From NCBI GenBank assembly GCA_964570765.1, contig CAZMZF010000001.1, positions 47,626 through 111,625 of the forward strand: a stretch of DNA of 64,000 nucleotides, given 5' to 3'. This document shows, in pieces, positions 9,413 to 19,366 of this stretch; the first letter of the stretch is position 1, and each line of letters starts with the position of its first letter. The position numbers and the translations under genes were made by a program. Origin of the DNA: an uncultured Ignavibacteria bacterium. Its GTDB lineage: Bacteria > Zixibacteria > MSB-5A5 > RBG-16-43-9. Under the pieces are notes generated by a model. That model was not told where the DNA came from, made no database searches, and worked only from the letters and a program-made list of their open reading frames with translations.

Positions 9413-9892
9413 ATGAAATATAGTTTTCAAAAGAGGATAAGATTAAAGGACTTTTCTTATAAAGGTTTGTGGAGATACTTCGTAACAATTTCGACGTACG
9501 AAGGTAAACGATATTTCGAAAATAATAAGTCTGTAGAGAGTTGTATTATTTATCTTAAAGATATATCGGTTTCATATAACTTCAACGTATTAGCGTATTG
9601 TTTTATGCCTGATCATTTGCATCTTTTGATTGAAGGAAAAGAGGAAGATTCTGATTTTAGGAAGTTTATGTCTATGTTTAAACAGAAGTCAAATTATCAT
9701 TGTAAAAACATCGAAGGAAATCCTCTTTGGCAAAAGGATTATTATGAACATGTTTTAAGAAGAAATGAGGATACTATACAGGTAATAAAGTATATATTAG
9801 ATAATCCGGTAAGAAAAGGGATGGTTAAGGATTTTAGAGATTATCCCTTTCTCGGTTCTTTTGTTTATGATTTAAAAGAGGTATTTTCGTAG
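9413..9892 (+). CDS. REP-associated tyrosine transposase (RAYT, IS200-like HUH Y1)
   Basis: HuH motif MPDHLHLLI and downstream catalytic Tyr region LWQKDYYEHVLR...NPVRKGMV. Same-family REPs flank the gene on both sides. Confidence 0.85.
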   Translation: MKYSFQKRIRLKDFSYKGLWRYFVTISTYEGKRYFENNKSVESCIIYLKDISVSYNFNVLAYCFMPDHLHLLIEGKEEDSDFRKFMSMFKQKSNYHCKNIEGNPLWQKDYYEHVLRRNEDTIQVIKYILDNPVRKGMVKDFRDYPFLGSFVYDLKEVFS

Positions 9893-9938
9893 CGCGAGGC
9901 TTCAGCCTCGCAATGCGATCCTAAAAGGATCGTCCTAC
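9889..9938. repeat. REP element of the same family. Its GTAG supplies the RAYT TAG stop codon
   Basis: GTAGCGCGAGGCTTCAGCCTCGCAATGCGATCCTAAAAGGATCGTCCTAC. Confidence 0.75.
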
Positions 9939-9978
9939 GAAAAGCAATACGAAAGACAAAAATATACAGGAGAACAAG

Positions 9979-11052
9979 ATGGGTCTTTTTGAGATGATGG
10001 AGGAGAAAGGGCATGAGCAGTTGATATTTTGCTACAATCAGCCCACGCATTTAAAAGCCATAATCGCTATCCACGATACTACCCTGGGAAAAGCAGTTGG
10101 AGGATGCAGGCTCTGGAAATATAATACAGAGAAAGAGGCGATTACGGATGCTTTGATTTTGTCTGAAATTATGACTTATCAATCTGCTATCTCGGATTGC
10201 GATACCGGCGGGGGCAAAGTAGTTTTGTGGCATGATTTTGAAGAAGAGCCGGATGAGGCTTATTACCGGGCTTTAGGGAGGTTTATCGAGGGGCTAAAGG
10301 GAAGGATCATTACCTATCCGGATTTAGGCACTGATACTCAGGAGATGAAGTACATTCGAAGAGAGACCGAGCATGTCCTTTTTTATGAGACCTCCTCAGG
10401 TTTGAGAGCGGAAAGCTCAGAGCTTACCGCTTATGGAGTTTACTGGGGGATGAAAGCCTGTGTTAAAGAGCTTTATGGTATATCCTCTTTAGATGGGCTT
10501 ACTGTGGCAATTCAAGGAGTAGGGAGTGTAGGTCGAATACTGGCTGATTATCTCAAGGAAGAAAAAGTAAAGCTTATCGTTACTGATTTGAACTATGATT
10601 CCATCAAAAAAGTTCAGGATAAATATCCGGATACAATTATTGCCAACCCTGAAAATATTTTAACCTGTGAATGCGATGTCTTTTCTCCCTGTGCTTTAGG
10701 TCCAGTATTCAGCAGGCAGAATATAGATAAGCTCCGATGTAAAATCATTGCTGGAGGAGCTTATAATATTTTAGAAGAGGCTTCATTGGCTGAGGAACTA
10801 TTTAAACGAGGGATTTTGTATGCTCCGGACTTTGTGATAAACAGTGGTGAGCTTTTTATGACTGCGGATGCTTTAAAGATATTATCCAAAGATGAAGCTT
10901 TAGCCTCAGCTAAAAAGATCTATGATATAATGGCAAAAGTACTGGCTATATCCAGAAGAGGGAATATCTCCCCTTATAAAGCTGCTTACCAGTTGGCAAA
11001 AGAAAGGATAATAAAAGTAGGGGATATAAAAAATATTTTATGTTGTATCTAA
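9979..11052 (+). CDS. Leucine/valine dehydrogenase (Glu/Leu/Phe/Val dehydrogenase family)
   Basis: 357 aa. IAIHDTTLG...GGCR motif and Rossmann GVGSVG motif. Confidence 0.85.
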   Translation: MGLFEMMEEKGHEQLIFCYNQPTHLKAIIAIHDTTLGKAVGGCRLWKYNTEKEAITDALILSEIMTYQSAISDCDTGGGKVVLWHDFEEEPDEAYYRALGRFIEGLKGRIITYPDLGTDTQEMKYIRRETEHVLFYETSSGLRAESSELTAYGVYWGMKACVKELYGISSLDGLTVAIQGVGSVGRILADYLKEEKVKLIVTDLNYDSIKKVQDKYPDTIIANPENILTCECDVFSPCALGPVFSRQNIDKLRCKIIAGGAYNILEEASLAEELFKRGILYAPDFVINSGELFMTADALKILSKDEALASAKKIYDIMAKVLAISRRGNISPYKAAYQLAKERIIKVGDIKNILCCI

Positions 11053-11158
11053 AAAACAGTTCAAAGGTTTAAAGGTTTAAAAGTTTAAAGGTAAAAAAGA
11101 AAATTAAACTGTTTACAATAAGAGTTCTTATCAAGGAAACAAAAGGATAGAAAAAAGT

Positions 11159-12250
11159 ATGAATAAGAAGAATAGTTTTAGAATTCTGGTAATCAACCCA
11201 GGTTCGACCTCTACCAAGGTCTCAATCTTTGAAGATGAAAAGGAGCTTTTTGGAAAAGCAATCTCCCATAGCAAATTAGAACTGGAGCCGTTTAAAAGAG
11301 TCTGGGATCAATATGAGTTCAGAAAGAAGCTGATTAAAGACTTATTGGAAGAGTATGAGATTAAGCCAGAAACTCTTTCGGCAGTAGTAGGTAGAGGTGG
11401 ACTTTTCAGGCCAGTGGTTGGTGGAACTTATCTGGTAAATGAACTGATGATCGAGGATGGTAGAAATGCTTTTGGAGGAGAACATGCGGCTAATTTAGGT
11501 GCAGTTTTAGCTTTTGGATTAGGCTGGGATTATCATATACCAGCCTTCATAGTGGATCCACCCTCTGTGGATGAATTCGAAGAATACTCCCGCTATTCAG
11601 GTTTACCGGAGTTTCCCAGGAAAAGTCTTTTTCATGCACTAAACGTAAAAGCCACAGCCCGATTAGCCGCAAACGATTTGAAGAAAAAGTTAGAGGAGAT
11701 AAATCTGATTGTGGCTCATTTAGGAGGTGGAGTTACCGTAGCGGCTCTGGAAAAGGGAAGAGCAATTGATGTTAATAATGGCTTGCACAGTGGTCCGTTT
11801 ACACCGGAAAGGTCTGGAACTTTGCCGATGTTTGATTTTGCGGAATGGTGTTTTTCCGGAAAAGTGACTTTAGAACAGGTGAAAAAAAGGATGGTGGGTG
11901 GTGGTGGTCTGGTGGCTTATTTAGGGACGAATGATGCTAAAGAGGTGGAAAAAAGAATAAAACAAGGGGATAAAAAGGCTGAAGCTGTCTATAATGCAAT
12001 GATCTATCAGATCGCCTGTGAAATCGGTGCCAGAGCTGTAGCCCTTAAGGGTAAGGTGGATGCTATCGTTTTAACCGGAGGATTAGCTTACTCGGATATG
12101 GTAGTTGAGAAGTTGAGAGAGTATGTGGGCTTTATTGCCAGGATATTAGTTTATCCAGGACAGGATGAGATGAAAGCTTTAGCTTTAGGGGCTCTCAGAG
12201 TATTAAGAGGGGAGGAGGAGGCAAAGACTTATCCGGAGATGGTCAAATAA
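11159..12250 (+). CDS. buk: Butyrate (branched-chain fatty acid) kinase
   Basis: RILVINPGSTSTK N-terminus and the acetate/butyrate-kinase fold pattern. Confidence 0.9.
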   Translation: MNKKNSFRILVINPGSTSTKVSIFEDEKELFGKAISHSKLELEPFKRVWDQYEFRKKLIKDLLEEYEIKPETLSAVVGRGGLFRPVVGGTYLVNELMIEDGRNAFGGEHAANLGAVLAFGLGWDYHIPAFIVDPPSVDEFEEYSRYSGLPEFPRKSLFHALNVKATARLAANDLKKKLEEINLIVAHLGGGVTVAALEKGRAIDVNNGLHSGPFTPERSGTLPMFDFAEWCFSGKVTLEQVKKRMVGGGGLVAYLGTNDAKEVEKRIKQGDKKAEAVYNAMIYQIACEIGARAVALKGKVDAIVLTGGLAYSDMVVEKLREYVGFIARILVYPGQDEMKALALGALRVLRGEEEAKTYPEMVK

Positions 12251-12377
12251 AAAACGTTCAAAAGCTTAAAAGTTCAAATGTTCAAAGGTAAAATATAAGT
12301 GATGTTGGAGTGCTTAGGTTGGTTCGGGAATTGTCGTTAAGATTTTCTAGGGTGAGAATTCCTGAACCAGAAACGTA

Positions 12378-12410
12378 ACGTCCGACAATCCTGTCGGACG
12401 TTATTATTTT
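12378..12410 (+). terminator. Hairpin AACGTCCGACA-ATCC-TGTCGGACGTT followed by a T-rich run
   Basis: Seen in the sequence. Lies about 125 nt downstream of the buk stop. Confidence 0.35.
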
Positions 12411-12551
12411 TGTAGCGGATCCGCCTTTGGCGGATAGGTTTCCATCTTCCTTTAACAAGAGAATGGAAGGCTGAAGTCTCAAGACTTTGACGGCCTTCCG
12501 CTACACAAATCGGACTTGTCTGCTCATTACACTCATACAAGAATGTCTGAG

Positions 12552-13352
12552 CTACTTCAGAGGTTTTGCGTCTTCAGGAATCTTGAGCTGAAATTTCTTT
12601 TCCGAGATAGATGAATTTATCTGAATTTCCAAAAATTTAAGCCTGAGCTTCTCTTTTCCCTCTAATGATTTTATCTCTATTGTCTGAGGGAGTTTTATCC
12701 CATTGAATTTCCTAAAATCTTTATATTCTATCATAAATCCCTGGGCTTTTTCTTGTTCTACTTCAAATGAATTCAATCTCTCCCAGATGCTTTTTCTTAA
12801 AAGTGCCTCTTTTTTATCCAGACAGAATTTTCTTTTCCACATTTGAATGCTATCTTCATAGATGTAGTTTTTCTGGTCAGCTCCGGTATAATAAGCCCTA
12901 TCTTCCTTTATCTGGATTTCAACTGCAAGAATTTTTAAAAGACAGAAAAGGCTGATCTCATTCTCGTAAATAGAATCATAAGAGCAGTTTTGAGTGATAC
13001 CTTTATAATATTTTTTTAGACGGGGGAAATAAAAAAGTAAGGTATCGCTATAGACTACTCCAGATATGTAATCGGGACCTAAAAAAGCTTTTACTCTGAA
13101 GGCAAGACTATCTGGCTTTTTTAAAAATAGTTCTAAGTCTCCGGAGAAACTTCCCTGTTTAGATTTGTAGTTGAAGTTTATAAGCGAAGAAGAGGTTTTG
13201 GTCTGGCTTTGATTTGAGATCGCTTTTTCCAGGACTTTTTGCGGAGTAAGCTCCTCTGGAGGAGGTTTCAGGCGAGCCGCTGGATAACAGCTGAAAAAAA
13301 AGAGAATTAAATAAAAAAGTAAAAGAAGGCTTATCAACTTCATAAATGTCAT
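12552..13352 (-). CDS. Hypothetical secreted protein or lipoprotein
   Basis: The longer ORF in the track (to 13568) extends across a REP. The start is placed at MTFMKLISLLLLF (signal peptide, possible lipobox FSC). Confidence 0.45.
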   Translation of the reverse strand: MTFMKLISLLLLFYLILFFFSCYPAARLKPPPEELTPQKVLEKAISNQSQTKTSSSLINFNYKSKQGSFSGDLELFLKKPDSLAFRVKAFLGPDYISGVVYSDTLLFYFPRLKKYYKGITQNCSYDSIYENEISLFCLLKILAVEIQIKEDRAYYTGADQKNYIYEDSIQMWKRKFCLDKKEALLRKSIWERLNSFEVEQEKAQGFMIEYKDFRKFNGIKLPQTIEIKSLEGKEKLRLKFLEIQINSSISEKKFQLKIPEDAKPLK

Positions 13353-13476
13353 TCTGAAGGAGTCCCCTACGGGACGACTGAAAAATCTTCTTGAGACGGT
13401 TGCAGATTCTTCCCCCGCCAAAGGCGGGGTCAGAATGACAGTAAGGGGTGTTGAAATCTTAAAACCTGAATCTTTT

Positions 13477-14163
13477 TCATACATAGATAAGCCGGATAAA
13501 CTCCGGACCTGCGAAGAGTGTTCCAAAAAAGAGGATAAATGGTTTGAAAATAGACCAGAGTATTCCAAGATTTAAAAAATAATCTAAAAGGATCACGCCC
13601 AATAAAACATAAGGTGCATATTTTTGAATCTGACTTAACTGGATATAATATTTAGGAGGTAAAAGGCCACTTAAGATATGGGAACCATCTAAAGGGTTTA
13701 CCGGGATGAGATTGAAGACTGCTAAAACCAGGTTCAATTGTATTCCCTTAACCAGCATTATCAGGAAAAGTTGCTGGGTAGATAGTTCTGAGCTAAGAGC
13801 GTAGGGTGTGATAAGTAACCTGAAGATAAGTCCGAAAATTAAAGCTAAAAGCATATTTGAGCCTGGTCCAGCCAAGGAGACCCAGAGCTCATCTTTATGA
13901 GGATTTTTAAAATTGAAAGGATTTACCGGGACTGGCTTTGCCCAGCCGAAGCCATAGAAATAAAGAAGCACCAGCCCGACTATATCGATATGGGAAAGCG
14001 GGTTTAAGGTGAGCCTTCCAGCGTGCTTAGCAGTAGGATCGCCTTTACGATATGCCATCCAGGCATGGGAATATTCGTGCACGGTGATTGCAAAAAGAAG
14101 CGGTGGGGTTATTATCAAATAATATACAAGTCGATCCATTTTATTTCCTCGAAACAAATCCAC
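13477..14163 (-). CDS. Site-2 protease family (peptidase M50) membrane metalloprotease
   Basis: HEYSHAW HExxH motif inside a transmembrane helix. Multi-TM protein. Confidence 0.7.
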   Translation of the reverse strand: MDLFRGNKMDRLVYYLIITPPLLFAITVHEYSHAWMAYRKGDPTAKHAGRLTLNPLSHIDIVGLVLLYFYGFGWAKPVPVNPFNFKNPHKDELWVSLAGPGSNMLLALIFGLIFRLLITPYALSSELSTQQLFLIMLVKGIQLNLVLAVFNLIPVNPLDGSHILSGLLPPKYYIQLSQIQKYAPYVLLGVILLDYFLNLGILWSIFKPFILFFGTLFAGPEFIRLIYV

Positions 14164-14719
14164 TTTCTTTTATATAAAAACGCCACTTTTTCTCTTTTCC
14201 TTTATCTACCCCAATCCGGTTAGTAGAAACGATTTTTCCTGTAGATTCACCTCTATCTTCTACATAGATGACCTCAGAGCAGAGGTCAGCCCCCCATAAG
14301 GCTCTATCTATTCCCATAGCCAGACATAACTTTCCTGGACCATTGGTTAAGTCTTCAAACTTTTCTTTTTTCCTTCTTTGCTGCATCGTTTCGACTCCTT
14401 GTTCCGGCTCTAAGGCTCGAATTAAAACTGCGGCTGGGTATCCATTTCTTTCAGTGACGAAATTCAGACAATGATACATTCCATAGGTTAAATAGACATA
14501 AGCATATCCTGGATTTCCAAACATAACCTTATTTCTTTCAGTCATTCCTCTATGAGCATGAGAGGCCGGGTCGTTCAGGCCGATATAAGCTTCGGTCTCC
14601 ACAATCTTTCCGGAAAGTTTTTCTCCATTCTTATGCACAACTAAATATTTACCTAATAACTCTTTTGCCACCTTTAAAGTTGAGCGATTGTAAAACTTTC
14701 TCTGTAGTATTTTTCTCAT
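14141..14719 (-). CDS. DNA-3-methyladenine glycosylase (Mpg/AAG family)
   Basis: N-terminal FYNRSTLKVAKELLGKYL and ETEAY motif typical of the family. Confidence 0.75.
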   Translation of the reverse strand: MRKILQRKFYNRSTLKVAKELLGKYLVVHKNGEKLSGKIVETEAYIGLNDPASHAHRGMTERNKVMFGNPGYAYVYLTYGMYHCLNFVTERNGYPAAVLIRALEPEQGVETMQQRRKKEKFEDLTNGPGKLCLAMGIDRALWGADLCSEVIYVEDRGESTGKIVSTNRIGVDKGKEKKWRFYIKESGFVSRK

Positions 14720-14759
14720 AACTTGTTAAGTTGGTTCGGGTCACCAGGATTACTCAGCA

Positions 14760-15716
14760 TTAGGCAGGGGGAAAATCCAATTCCCTAACCAACGAAGATA
14801 CAGCTTTAAGCTCATCTAAGGTTTCTTTTATCTTTCTTTTAACAAAGGGATGACTTTCTGTTTTAGATAAATTGATAATTGCCTTTATTCCATTTTTATC
14901 TCCGATCTTTCCTAAAGCTTCTACTGCAAAACCTCTTTCAGCCCAATCCTCTGATCTCAATTTTTCTAAAAGATATGGAACCGCACGAGGGTCTTTAAGT
15001 TTTCCTAAGGACTCGATAGCTAGATACCTGGTATTATCGACTGAGTCGTTCAAAACTTTCAAAAGAGGTTCAACTGCTTTTTGTCCCAGTTTAACCAGAG
15101 AGATTGAAGCGGTCATCCTCACGCTGAAATGTTTATCTTTTAAAGCTTTAATCAGAAAATCTATTGCTACTGGATTATTCAAATCCCCTAATGAAACTGC
15201 GGCACTTTTTCTTACTACTTCCACTGAATCGTTTAACAAAAAGCTTATGTTATTTAAAATCGTGGTATCTCTTATTTTACCCAGAGAGGAGCAAGCATTC
15301 GCACGGATGTTGAAATCGGGGTTATCCAGTAAATCTGAAAGTGGTTGAACTGCTCTTTTATCTTTTATATCTCCTAATATCCGGGATGCAGTTTTGATTT
15401 TATCTTTGTTTCCACTTTTCAGACAATCGATCAAAGGGAGGACTGCCGGCTCACCGATTTTACCTAAAATATCAACTAAGGTTAAAATCTCCCGGGCATC
15501 CTGAGTTGCTAATTTATCAACCAGAAAAGGAACTGCATCTTTCCCCATTTCGATTAAAGCTTTTTTAGATGGTTCCACCAAATCCCGGTATTTTTCTTCA
15601 CCAGAGGAGGCTTTGATGAAAAGTTCATCCACCTGAGATTTTATGTCTGAAGAGAAGGACAAAGAAAAGAGATTAAAAAGAATTACAGAAAATAAATAAA
15701 GGAAAGCCGAACGCAT
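14760..15716 (-). CDS. HEAT/PBS-lyase repeat protein with a signal peptide
   Basis: Repeated ...VRxxAxxALGxIGD... HEAT-like units. Hydrophobic N-terminus. Confidence 0.65.
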   Translation of the reverse strand: MRSAFLYLFSVILFNLFSLSFSSDIKSQVDELFIKASSGEEKYRDLVEPSKKALIEMGKDAVPFLVDKLATQDAREILTLVDILGKIGEPAVLPLIDCLKSGNKDKIKTASRILGDIKDKRAVQPLSDLLDNPDFNIRANACSSLGKIRDTTILNNISFLLNDSVEVVRKSAAVSLGDLNNPVAIDFLIKALKDKHFSVRMTASISLVKLGQKAVEPLLKVLNDSVDNTRYLAIESLGKLKDPRAVPYLLEKLRSEDWAERGFAVEALGKIGDKNGIKAIINLSKTESHPFVKRKIKETLDELKAVSSLVRELDFPPA

Positions 15717-15750
15717 AATAAATGCCTTTTTTTATTAATTTAAAAACTAC

Positions 15751-16647
15751 TCAACTAACCACCGCACCTAAGGCTATGGACAAAAGTTTAATCTCGGCTG
15801 AATCTGAGCGTGAGAGTAAAACTATTGGAGCTCCGCCTCCAACTACTATTCCACCCACTTTAGCTCCGGCTAAATAGATTAGTCCTTTAACCAGGATATT
15901 GCAGGAGGAAATGTTTGGACAGAGGAAGATGTCTGTTTCTCCTGAAACTGGTGAGATAATCCCTTTGGTTTGTGCGGATTTGGAATCAATAGCCACATCA
16001 AAGGCTAAGGGACCGTCCACTATCACGTCTTTTATCTCACCTCTTTCAGCCATCTTTGAGATTATAGAGGCATCGATGGTCTCAGGCATATCCGGATTTA
16101 CCAATTCTACTGCGGCCAGGCAGGCAGTTTTGGGTTTTTCTATTCCTAACTTTTTTGCAACCTCAATCGCATTTTTCAAAATATCGATTTTCTTCATAAC
16201 ATCAGGCGCAATATTCATCCCGCCATCGGTTATAAGCATAAGCTTGGGGTATTTTTCTACTTCCATCACTGCTACATGGCTCAAAAGCTTTCCACCTTTA
16301 AGCCCTTTTTCCTTGTCCAGCACTGCTTTTAAAAGAGTAGGAGTGTCAACTTTCCCTTTCATCAGCATATCAGCTTTCTTCTGTTTAACTAGCTCAACCG
16401 CTAAGGAAGCTATTTTCTGAGGCTCTTTCTCTCCTAAAATCTCTAATCGACTTAAATCAAAGTTTAATTTTTTACATAAACTCTCGATTTTATCCGGGTC
16501 ACCTATCAGAATCGGAGAAATAATCTTTTCTTCAGTAGCAATCTTAACTGCTTCTATTATCTCCTCGCCCTCTGCACCGGCAATTGCCAGGTATTTTTTC
16601 TCTTTGTTTTTGACTGATTCGAGAAGCTCTTTAAAACTCTTTATCAT
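15751..16647 (-). CDS. ptb: Phosphate butyryltransferase / phosphotransacylase
   Basis: 298 aa. Pta/Ptb fold. Paralogue of 18467-19366. Confidence 0.85.
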   Translation of the reverse strand: MIKSFKELLESVKNKEKKYLAIAGAEGEEIIEAVKIATEEKIISPILIGDPDKIESLCKKLNFDLSRLEILGEKEPQKIASLAVELVKQKKADMLMKGKVDTPTLLKAVLDKEKGLKGGKLLSHVAVMEVEKYPKLMLITDGGMNIAPDVMKKIDILKNAIEVAKKLGIEKPKTACLAAVELVNPDMPETIDASIISKMAERGEIKDVIVDGPLAFDVAIDSKSAQTKGIISPVSGETDIFLCPNISSCNILVKGLIYLAGAKVGGIVVGGGAPIVLLSRSDSAEIKLLSIALGAVVS

Positions 16648-16685
16648 CTTTACCCTCTGGAAAAGTCTAACTTCTGTCTTCCAAT

Positions 16686-17609
16686 TTATTTCACATAAGT
16701 AAGCCAGCCGTATTTATCTTCAGCCTCACCTGACACTATCTGGAAAAACCTCTCCTGTAATTTTGCAGTTATAGGACCTCGTTTTCCTGAACCAATGCTT
16801 ACCTTGTCGATTGAGCTTATCGGGGTAATCTCTGCGGCACTACCTGTAAAGAAAACCTCATCTGCGATATAAAGCGCTTCACGGGGGATATTTTCCTCGA
16901 TGACCTTTATTCCTAACTCCTGGGCTAAATAAAGTACCGTATTACGAATGATTCCTGGAAGTATAGAGGAACCAAAGGATGGGGTGATTAAAGCTCCATC
17001 CCTGACTATGAATATATTCTCACCGCTTCCCTCGCTTACATAGCCATAGACATCCAGAGCGATCCCCTCGACATAGCCATGCTCTTTGGCTTCTAATTTT
17101 ATCAACTGGGAGTTCATATAGTTGGCTCCGCTTTTTGCCATGGCTGGAAATGTGTTAGGTGCCATCCGGTTCCAGGAAGAGACACAAACCGGAACACCAT
17201 TCTCCAGAGCATCTTTGCCCAGATATTTTCCCCATTTCCAGACTGCAATTGAGACATCGATAGGACAGCCGGTTGGATCAACTCCCAATTGTTCGTATCC
17301 GCGGTAAGCCACCGGTCGAATATAGCATTCGTCTAATTTATTCACTTTTATAAGGTCGATTATTGCCTGATTGATCTCTTCTTTAGTATAGGTGATTTTC
17401 ATCCGGTAGATTTTGGCGGAATTAAAAAGCCTGTCAGTATGTTCTTTCAGTCGGAAAATAGCAGGACCTTTTTTGGATTTATAACATCTGGCCCCCTCAA
17501 AAACGCTGGAGCCATAATGCACCACATGGGAAAGGACGTGAATCATGGCATCATCCCAGTTCATCATCTTTCCATTCATCCATATTTTTTCAACTTTTTC
17601 AAACGGCAT
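16686..17609 (-). CDS. ilvE: Branched-chain amino-acid aminotransferase
   Basis: 307 aa. Class IV aminotransferase pattern (EGxGxNxF, ITPxxxxSILPGITR). Confidence 0.85.
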   Translation of the reverse strand: MPFEKVEKIWMNGKMMNWDDAMIHVLSHVVHYGSSVFEGARCYKSKKGPAIFRLKEHTDRLFNSAKIYRMKITYTKEEINQAIIDLIKVNKLDECYIRPVAYRGYEQLGVDPTGCPIDVSIAVWKWGKYLGKDALENGVPVCVSSWNRMAPNTFPAMAKSGANYMNSQLIKLEAKEHGYVEGIALDVYGYVSEGSGENIFIVRDGALITPSFGSSILPGIIRNTVLYLAQELGIKVIEENIPREALYIADEVFFTGSAAEITPISSIDKVSIGSGKRGPITAKLQERFFQIVSGEAEDKYGWLTYVK

Positions 17610-17630
17610 ATAAATCCTCCTTTTTTTCGT

Positions 17631-17663
17631 TAGGTCATAGGTAATAGGTTATAGGTCATAGGT
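17631..17663. repeat. Tandem heptamer array (NATAGGT) x5
   Basis: TAGGTCATAGGTAATAGGTTATAGGTCATAGGT. An inverted counterpart lies at 18442-18477. Confidence 0.6.
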
Positions 17664-17757
17664 TTTTAATACCTTAAAAATATTTTTCCAGTTTAATTTA
17701 ACAAAATTAATGATTCGCTTTCTATTTTCATATTTGTAAAACATATTTAATCCTTTA

Positions 17758-17952
17758 TTATTTTTTAGATTCCCAATAAATTATGATAACTGCCACATTA
17801 CGATATTTGCCCGGTCTTACTGCGTAAATAAATTGAACTATAGATTTATCCTTATTAGAATCCAGCCACTTATTAAGTGCTTTATTAACTGTCAGAGAAA
17901 ACATTTTGTCTTCAACTGGCTCTAACTCCACCGTATCAAATCCCCTATCCAT
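17758..17952 (-). CDS. Small hypothetical protein (64 aa)
   Basis: The only ORF in an AT-rich segment. No recognisable motif. Confidence 0.25.
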   Translation of the reverse strand: MDRGFDTVELEPVEDKMFSLTVNKALNKWLDSNKDKSIVQFIYAVRPGKYRNVAVIIIYWESKK

Positions 17953-18051
17953 AGATCTACTTTTAAAAAAGGTTTAAAGTTAACTGTTCCGTGAAAATTT
18001 TCTTTATAAAAAGTTTAGACTACATTTTAAAAAACCTCCTCACACTCTGGA

Positions 18052-18441
18052 TTAACGGTGGAACAGTACTTTCTGTCTTTCTAAAGACCTTTCTAATCCC
18101 TTTAACATCCTTCCACATTCATCATACCGTGCAATATAATCAGTGTAGAGTTCCTTAGTGAGATAATTTTTTTTAAAAGCTATAGTTAGATGATGTGCAG
18201 TTTCTCTTAATTCTCCTAAGGCTCTATTTATGCCTTCTAAATAAAGATTTATATGTTTATTATTCCAGCCCTCAGCCAGATTAGCTGGAATCGAATTAGA
18301 AGACCTTCTTAACTGCGAACCTAACTCATGCAACTCGAATTTAGGGAAAGCTAATGTCAATTTATGAATATCCAAATGCAGCTTACAGAGCTTCTGATAA
18401 ACTTCTAAATCCTCAAAACTTTTAATCCTTTCCTTTTCCAT
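18052..18441 (-). CDS. Four-helix-bundle protein (family often found in 23S rRNA intervening sequences, TIGR02436-like)
   Basis: FEDLEVYQK...IPANLAEGW motif. The track ORF starts at a GTG codon at 18456. The in-frame ATG at 18441 is the likely start. Confidence 0.65.
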   Translation of the reverse strand: MEKERIKSFEDLEVYQKLCKLHLDIHKLTLAFPKFELHELGSQLRRSSNSIPANLAEGWNNKHINLYLEGINRALGELRETAHHLTIAFKKNYLTKELYTDYIARYDECGRMLKGLERSLERQKVLFHR

Positions 18442-18477
18442 CCTACTACCTACCACCTATTACCTATCACCTACTAC
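18442..18477. repeat. Tandem heptamer array (ACCTAY) x5, inverted relative to 17631-17663
   Basis: CCTACTACCTACCACCTATTACCTATCACCTACTAC. Overlaps the ptb2 stop region. Confidence 0.6.
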
Positions 18478-19366
18478 TTGCCACCCCCAAGGCAATCGAC
18501 ATAAACTTGGTCTCGTGTGAATCAGCCCTTGAAGTTAAGACCACTGGTGCTTTTGTGCCTAAGACGACAGCGGCGCATTTTGCTTTTGCAAATTCAACTA
18601 AAGTCTTGTAAATAGCATTCCCCGTCTCAATATCCGGGCAAAGGAGGATATCTGCTTTTCCTGCTATAGGACTTTTCACCCCTTTTATCCTAGCAGATTC
18701 CTCGGAGATGGCATTATCTAAGCCAAAAGGACCATCTACAATCGCACCTTTGATCTGTCCCCTTTTTGCCATCATTGAAAGACAGGCGGCATCTACAGTT
18801 GCTGGCATCTTTTCTGGATTGACCTTTTCCGTTGCGGCAATGCAGGCAACTTTGGGTTTTTCAATCCTTAGAGATATTGCTAAATCCACAGCATTCTGTA
18901 TTATCTGAGCTTTTTCCATAAGGGTGGGGGCGATATTTATGGCCGTATCAGTTAGGAGTAAAAGTCGAGGAAAATCCGGTATCTCAAAAACCGCTATATG
19001 GGTCAGAAGTTTTCCTATGGCTAACCCTTTTTCTTTATCCAAAATCCCCTTCATAAAAATACCGGTATCTAAAAGCCCTTTCATCATCAAATCTGCTTTT
19101 CCCTGATGGATTAATTGAGTGCAAAAAAGTGAGACTTTAAGTAAATCTTTTTCCTCGATTAATTCATACTCTGAGAGGTTTATCTTATTTTTATCAGCCA
19201 ACTCTTTTATCTTCTCCTTGGAACCAACTAAAATACCCTGAACAATTTTTTCTCTGCGTGCCTGGTCTAAAGCTAAGAAAACTTTTTCATCCTCAGCCTT
19301 AGCCACAGCAATTCTCTTGGGTCCGATTGATTTGGCTAAGTTTAATATCTCCCTTAGTTCCTTCAT
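18467..19366 (-). CDS. ptb: Phosphate butyryltransferase, second paralogue
   Basis: Roughly 45% identical by eye to 15751-16647. Same domain order. Confidence 0.85.
   Translation of the reverse strand: MKELREILNLAKSIGPKRIAVAKAEDEKVFLALDQARREKIVQGILVGSKEKIKELADKNKINLSEYELIEEKDLLKVSLFCTQLIHQGKADLMMKGLLDTGIFMKGILDKEKGLAIGKLLTHIAVFEIPDFPRLLLLTDTAINIAPTLMEKAQIIQNAVDLAISLRIEKPKVACIAATEKVNPEKMPATVDAACLSMMAKRGQIKGAIVDGPFGLDNAISEESARIKGVKSPIAGKADILLCPDIETGNAIYKTLVEFAKAKCAAVVLGTKAPVVLTSRADSHETKFMSIALGVASSR

Noticed and set aside
13353-13568. 5' extension of the 12552-13568 ORF
   Set aside because: The extension covers the GTCATTCTGAAGG...CTCAGAATGAC REP and would overlap the M50 protease gene by 92 nt. 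An internal Met followed by a signal-peptide-like segment is the more plausible start.
15899-16420. Long antisense ORFs inside ptb (173 aa), the HEAT-repeat gene (14872-15348), the thiolase gene, the acyl-CoA dehydrogenase genes and the YG-repeat gene (48710-49453 region)
   Set aside because: These are shadow ORFs opposite well-supported genes. Their composition is biased (Ser/Pro/Phe-rich) and they have no independent support.
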